Part shown: piece by piece, positions 35,990 through 42,430 of the stretch
Position numbering within the stretch: position 1 is the first letter of the stretch
How the letters are laid out: every line of letters begins with the position of its first letter
Origin: Octopus sinensis
Taxonomy: Eukaryota
Assembly (NCBI RefSeq): GCF_006345805.1
Contig: NW_021835317.1
Coordinates: 1 to 42,430, forward strand
Direction of reading: 5' to 3'
DNA: 42,430 bases
Program-made: the position numbers and the translations under genes
Notes under the pieces: generated by a model
The model's database searches: none
Told to the model about the DNA's origin: nothing
What the model saw: only the letters and a program-made list of their open reading frames with translations

Positions 35990-36729
35990 ATGCACACATG
36001 TGCACACACACACACGCATGCATGTACACATACATTGGCTTCTGTATATGTATATATATATATGTATGTGTGTGTGTATGGATACGTATGTACATGTATA
36101 AATGTGTATATGTATGTGTATGTATGTATGTGTATATATATATTATATGATATATATATATATATATATGTATGTTATGTATATATATATATGTATATAT
36201 ATGTGTGTATATATATGTATATATACATGTATGTATGTATATATGTATATATATCTGTATGTGTATGTGTGTGTGTATATATATATATATGTGTATGTAT
36301 ATATGTGTATATGTATATATATTTAGATATATACATGCACACGCATACACACACATATACAAATGTTCACATGTATCTCTCATTTAAAAGCGAGACAATT
36401 TCGCAAACACATACAAATTAGCGAGTGAGTGAGAGAGAGGGAGGGAGAGGGAGGAAAAGAGAATGAGAGAGAGAGGGAAGGAAAGAGAGAATGAGAGAGA
36501 GAGAATCCTTGCCATTCTCTAAAAACGATCTCATTAACAAAGCCTGATTTGACAATAATTGTTTTAAAGGCTTTCACTATTTTCTTTCATATTATTTTGT
36601 TTCTCCCTTTGACTGTTCATCTTGTTCAAATTATTGTTTATTTATGGAAAAGACCCAAGAATCAACATGCAAATTTTGTTATTGATTTTATGATTTTTAT
36701 GGAAGTAATCTTTATTTCATGATATATAT

Positions 36730-36782
<53 letters not shown>

Positions 36783-36806
36783 ACATGTGTGTATATATAT
36801 CTATGT

Positions 36807-36839
<33 letters not shown>

Positions 36840-37796
36840 GTGCATATATGTATATTAGATATATATAGATATATATATATATATATATATGGATATATAT
36901 ATATATATTTGTATATTTATATATGTATATATATATATTGTATGTGTGTGTATATGTATATATATATATACATATATATTTGTGTAGTTATATATGTATA
37001 TATATGTGTGTATATATATATATATTTGTAGATTTAATTCATCTAATCATTTCTGTGTATATTTATTTCATCTGCATTTGTATGTATATATTTATGTTTA
37101 TATTTATATTTATATTTCATCTGTTTGTTTTTTTGTTATTATTGATATTTATTCAAATATTTGTTTTAACTGTTTATTTATTAATTATTATTATTTTCGC
37201 TTTGTTTTTTTTTTGGTTTTGTTTTGAACGTTTTGCATATATTTCAGCATTTTTTGTGTTCTTTTTGCTTTTTCTATGCATATGTCGTGTAATATGATGT
37301 AATGACTGAGTAACAATGTTTGTGTTTGTGTGTGTGTGTGTGTGTGTGTTTGCTTGTGCAGGTGTAAAATGTGTGTAAATATGTATGTGAAATCACTGAT
37401 TGCAAGTGGCGTATTGTAGATTATTAGCTGCTGGATTAGCTCCTGGGCTAGAATATCTTAAAAGTATTTCTAAGGAGATTTAAGGGCTTGAATTACTGAA
37501 TATTATATAGTGCCATGCATATGAATATATAAAAGTACGTGTTTGTGTGTGTGTGTGTGTGGTGTGTGTGTGTGTGTATTGAAGCATGTCTAGTTGCTGT
37601 GCGTTGTTTATTCATCCATCTATGTATGGGTTTAGCTGTGTATGTACCCCCAACCCCTCTCTCTAATATATGTGTCTGTATATGTGTATGCATGTGTATA
37701 TATATGTGTGTGTGTATATACATACATACATACATATGTGCATTTGTGTGCATATATGCATATATATATGTGTATATATGTGTATATGTATATGTG

Positions 37797-37839
<43 letters not shown>

Positions 37840-37845
37840 TGTAAT
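35990..37845. repeat. (TA)n/(TG)n/(CA)n microsatellite fields
   Basis: Read directly from the sequence. Confidence 0.9.
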
Positions 37846-38395
37846 TTCAAACCACCTTTATTATTATATCACTGTTCACAGAAGAGGAGACGTTACCCTA
37901 TTCTTCCTTCTCATTTTCTTCTTTCTGTTCTCATTGTTTTCTCCTTTCACATGACACCACCACCACCACCACCACCACCGCCACCAACACCACCGCCACT
38001 GCCACCACCGGCACCGCCACCACCACTGCTCTCATCATTAAATCATTGCTTTCCCAAATTACTCTCCACTTATCAAAAATTGGATCTATATATTATATAA
38101 CCCGACCACATTGATCACTGTGTAAGTACTGTCTTAATCCTGAGAGATGTTACCACAAGATTGCTTTTAAGTCAAGTGTATTATGTAGATAATTTAAGAG
38201 CATCTTTTCATTCAAACATATTTGTTAAACAGAATTTCCATTCCAATTACTTGCAATCTATAATGGAGAGACCGTTTCATGTCGTAATTGACAAAAGATG
38301 GATTTTGTTGTATCATTGCGGTGAACTTTCCTTTGTGTATATATATATAATCTTAATTCTTCAGAGTTTGCTGGCAATGAGTGTCACCTCTGTCG

Positions 38396-38468
38396 TCATC
38401 GTCAGCATCATCATCATCATCATCATCATCACCATCATCGTCATCATCACCATCACCACCATAATCAC

Positions 38469-38508
<40 letters not shown>

Positions 38509-38511
38509 GAC

Positions 38512-38543
<32 letters not shown>

Positions 38544-38589
38544 CATCGACATCATCATCACCATCATCGACATCATCATCATCATCACC

Positions 38590-38621
<32 letters not shown>

Positions 38622-38795
38622 CATCATCACCATCACCATCATCATCATCACCATCATCATCATCACCATCATCATCATCACCATCATCACCATCATCACC
38701 ATCATCATCATCACCATCATCATCATCACCATCATCATCATCATCCTCATCCTCATCTCATCACCATCATCATCGTCATCGTCGTCGTCGTCATC
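38396..38795 (+). repeat. Degenerate (CAT/CAC)n trinucleotide array, about 400 bp
   Basis: Read directly from the sequence. It produces the poly-Ile and poly-Met ORFs. Confidence 0.95.
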
Positions 38796-39089
38796 GCTAT
38801 CATTATCCCCGTTGCTATCTCTGTGGTCATTATCCCCGTCACTTTTTAGCTGCTCTCACTGTTATTGTTTTTTCCCAATATTGTTGTCATTGTTCAATAT
38901 TGTTGTCGTTGCTAATACCAACATCATTATTGCCGGCATTATTACCAAAGTCATAAATATCTTCTGTTGTTTGTCAACATTATCACTCTTTTAATTCCCA
39001 CCATCGTTATCACTGCTGTCTTTATTTATTGCGGATCAACATTATCAGTGTGATAGTTATCACTGACATTATTATTCCTGTTGATGTAA

Positions 39090-40205
39090 GGGGGCAAGCT
39101 GGTAGAATCGTTAGCACACCAGGAAAAATGCTTAGCAGCATTTCATCTGTAATTACGTTCTGAGTTCAAGTTCCGCCAAGGTTGACTTTGCCTTTCATCC
39201 TTTACTCTCTCTCTCTTTACTCTTTTACTTGTTTCAGTCATTTTGATTGTGGCCATGCTGGAGCACCGCCTTTTAGTCGAGCAAATCGACCCCGGGACTT
39301 ATTCTTTGTAAGCCCAGTACTTATTCTATCGGCCTCTTTTGCCGAACCGCTAAGTGACGGGGGACGTAAACACACCAGCATCGGTTTTCAAGCAATGCTA
39401 GGGGGACAAACACAGACACAGAAACACACACATACATATATATATATATATACATATATATGACAGGCTTCTTTCAGCTTCCGTCTACCAAATCCACTCA
39501 CAAGGTATTGGTTGGCCTGGGGCTATAGCAGAAGACACCTGCCCAAGATGCCATGCAGTGGGACTGAACCCGGAACCATGTTCAGCCACTCCTACGCCTT
39601 TAGGGGTTGATAAAATAAGTACCAGTTGAGCAATGGGGTCGATGTAATTGACTTACCCCCTTCCCCAAAATTGCTGATCTTGTGCCAAAAATTGAAATTG
39701 TTATTATCCCTGTTGATGTTACATAGAAGGGGTAATGCAGCAAGTTGGCAGAATCTGTAGCACATTAGACAAAACACTTAACAGCAGTTCGTCTGTCTTT
39801 ATGTTCTGAGTTCTAATTCCCTCAAGGTTAACTTTACCTTTCATCCTTTCAGGGTCGATAAAATATATACCTATTTCTTTACTATCCACAAGGGGCTAAA
39901 CACAGAGGGGACAAACAAGGATAGACAAACGGATTAAGTCGATTACATCGACCCCAGTGCGTAACTGGTACTTAATTTATCAACCCCGAAAGGATGATAG
40001 GCACAGTCGACCTCGGCGGAATTTGAACTCAGAATGTAACAGCAGATGAAATACGGCTATGCATTTTGCCCGGCGTACTAACATTTTTGCCAGCTTGCCG
40101 TCTTAATATATACCATAAAATATATACCATTTGAACACTGGGGTCGATGTAATCAACTTATTTTCTGCCCCGAAATTGCAGGCCTTGTGCTAAAAATTTG
40201 AAATT
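39090..40205. mobile_element. Nested SINEs: B(+) split by A(-, 39205-39597); a second B(+) split by B(-, 39872-40104)
   Basis: The host B sequences resume after each insert. ATAAAATATATACC is duplicated at 39858-39871 and 40115-40128. Confidence 0.85.
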
Positions 40206-40519
40206 GATATTATATAGTGGTGTTCGTGGTCAATACTGATATTTTCATTTCCCTGCCAGTCAGTTGTTAAACAATAGTCTTTGATTAACCCCTCTGTTAC
40301 CATTTTTCTGGTGAACTAAACCCCCTTTAGATGGATAGATAGAGATTGATAGAATGATAGACAGATAGAGATAGATTGATAGAATGATAGATAGGTAGAT
40401 AGATAGTAGAATGATTGATAGATAGATAGACAGGAAGATATACATACATACAGACAGACAGACAGGATGAGCTTTTGAATAGTTTCCATCTCTCAAAACT
40501 CCATTGAGTCAGAAAGTGC

Positions 40520-41050
40520 GTATAAAGTATATACAGTAATGTACAAATGTCTGGGAAGTGAACAGTGTATGAGTCAGATACATACTTGTGTGTGTATGGA
40601 GGGGAGAAAATCAGGTGTAGTGTTGGCGAATCTCAGGAAGCATGGAAGTTTTGAAGGATGCAGTGCTCCGACAACTAACAACCGATGCCGGCAGTTTGTT
40701 CCATGCTTCAGCAACTCACAGCGTGAAAAAATGTTTCCTAAAGTCATGGGAGCTGTGCTGTTTTCTGACTTTATAAATATGTCCACGGGTGTTAGACAGG
40801 TGGAGTTTGAAAAGGTGCTCAGAGTTATTGTTTGTAAGATGGTTAATAATTTTACGGGTGTCTGCCAAGTCAGCTGCCAGATGTAGGAGTTTCAACGTGT
40901 CCATGCCCAGGGAAGTAAGGCGTTCAGAATATGGCAAATGCCTGATGGAGGGTATTCTTTTGGTAGCACGTCGCTGAACGGCTTCCAGACGATTGATATC
41001 CTGGGCAAGATAGGGGTTCCAGACCGGTGATACACTAGCTGAAGGCATTG
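40520..41050 (-). mobile_element. CR1-clade LINE, 3' fragment
   Basis: SPVWNPYLAQDINRLEAVQRRATKRIPSIRHLPYSERLTSLGMDTL...NTRGHIYKV...RKHFFTL, then RVAEAWNKLPASVV. These are CR1 ORF2 C-terminal motifs. Confidence 0.88.
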
Positions 41051-41371
41051 TACAACTGTTTTGAACTCAGGATCACATAGTTCCAAAGCAAACTTTGTAA
41101 CCACGCAGCCATGTCTATACCCATGCTCTGCATCTTCCTGTTCTCACTGAACACCGTCTTCTCTTTAATACCCATCTGTGCACGTGAATCACTCGAGTGC
41201 TAAAACTTTAGATGAAAAGTTCACTCTGCACATCAAACGCACATCAGACTCTTCTCATGTTTTCCTAGATTTTGAAGATCTTCCAGATTTAATGACCACA
41301 TGTGTGTGTGTATATGCGTGTGTGTGTGTGTGTGTTGTGTGTGTGCTGTGGGCATGGTGGTGGTGGTGGTG

Positions 41372-41406
<35 letters not shown>

Positions 41407-41799
41407 GGGCATGGTGGTGGTGGTGGTGGTGTTTTGTGTGTGTTGTGTGTGTTATTCTGCCCCAGATTTCACAGAAATTACTGATGTATTTTTGTTTTTT
41501 GTTTTTGACAAAGCCAGTATGTTGGTATGTGTATTGCTTCTACATTATATGGGGGAGAAATTCCAACCAGAATGGAATTAATGCCATGAGGTATTCTTGT
41601 TCAGTGTCCCAATAGTGACATCTCTTGTCAGTATATATATATATATGTCTATAAATGTGTGTGTGTGTGTGTGTTTGTAGTTTGATTTCAATGATTACTT
41701 ACAAGTTATTGGAGATCAGCACATCTCAGCTCAGCTATATCCGAATTCTTTACAGCATAGAATGAATAGAGAATGCATATACTCACACAAGCACTCTCT

Positions 41800-41830
41800 C
41801 TCTCTCTCTCTCTCCTCTTCTCTCTCTCTC

Positions 41831-41871
<41 letters not shown>

Positions 41872-42052
41872 TATGTAATATATATATATACATATATTTA
41901 TATACATATATATGTATATATATATATACAGATATTTATACTATATATATATATATACATATGTATGTATATATATATACACATATACATATATATATAC
42001 ACATATACATTATATATACATATTATATATATACATACATATATAATATATA

Positions 42053-42084
<32 letters not shown>

Positions 42085-42106
42085 TATACATATATATATA
42101 TTATAT

Positions 42107-42142
<36 letters not shown>

Positions 42143-42145
42143 CAT

Positions 42146-42198
<53 letters not shown>

Positions 42199-42260
42199 TA
42201 TATATATATATATACATAACACATACATACACACACACACACATATATATGCACATATAC
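41800..42260. repeat. (CT)n and long (TA)n microsatellite field
   Basis: Read directly from the sequence. Confidence 0.9.
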
Positions 42261-42430
42261 ATAGCTCATTCTTCTGTACATACATCGTTTTATCAGTTCC
42301 TGCTCTAAATATAATTCAGCTTGTTTAGAAGCCAGCGCAAGGTAATAAACAGCACCAGCAATAACGGGTTTCACCTTCTCCGTCTTCCCTGCTTCCCACC
42401 CACCACCACCACCACCACCACCACCACACA

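Noticed and set aside
30531-38795. Long-range pairing of the (GAT)n and (CAT)n arrays
   Set aside because: The gene probably ends near 32 kb, so there is no evidence that both arrays are in one transcript, and such arrays are common.
38161-38994. 277-aa ORF resembling a transmembrane protein
   Set aside because: The hydrophobicity comes entirely from the (ATC)n array.
5097-42374. Dozens of ORFs rich in IY, CV, HT or poly-I/M/H
   Set aside because: They are translations of (TA)n, (TG)n, (CA)n and (CAT)n microsatellites, with no splice or domain support.

Overview
AT-rich eukaryotic genomic DNA, most likely an octopus. This is based on recognising the SINE families and the extreme microsatellite load, not on a database search. 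One host gene is supportable on the + strand: a matrin/U1-type C2H2 zinc-finger RNA-binding protein (ZNF385/ZNF346/ZMAT-like). Two exons (12162-12742 and 17580-17824) splice in frame, and there is a probable terminal exon at 31489-31552 that looks damaged by a 1-nt indel. The rest is intronic or intergenic: at least five SINE families (my labels A-E), two CR1-type LINE 3' fragments, a dead mariner, a mariner foldback derivative, hAT-, piggyBac- and Merlin-like MITEs, non-autonomous Helitrons, Penelope-like remnants and (TA)n/(GAT)n/(CA)n arrays. The most notable signal is an intact minimal type I hammerhead ribozyme at 18546-18590, in the sense orientation of the intron. It lies in a 353-nt structured unit with a 68-nt terminal direct repeat and a 113-bp 5' inversion that forms a 226-bp near-perfect palindrome, all embedded in (TA)n. 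This is a candidate retrozyme or Penelope pseudo-LTR able to give a circular RNA. Most ORFs in the supplied track are microsatellite or repeat artefacts. There are no rRNA genes, true tRNA genes or CRISPR arrays.
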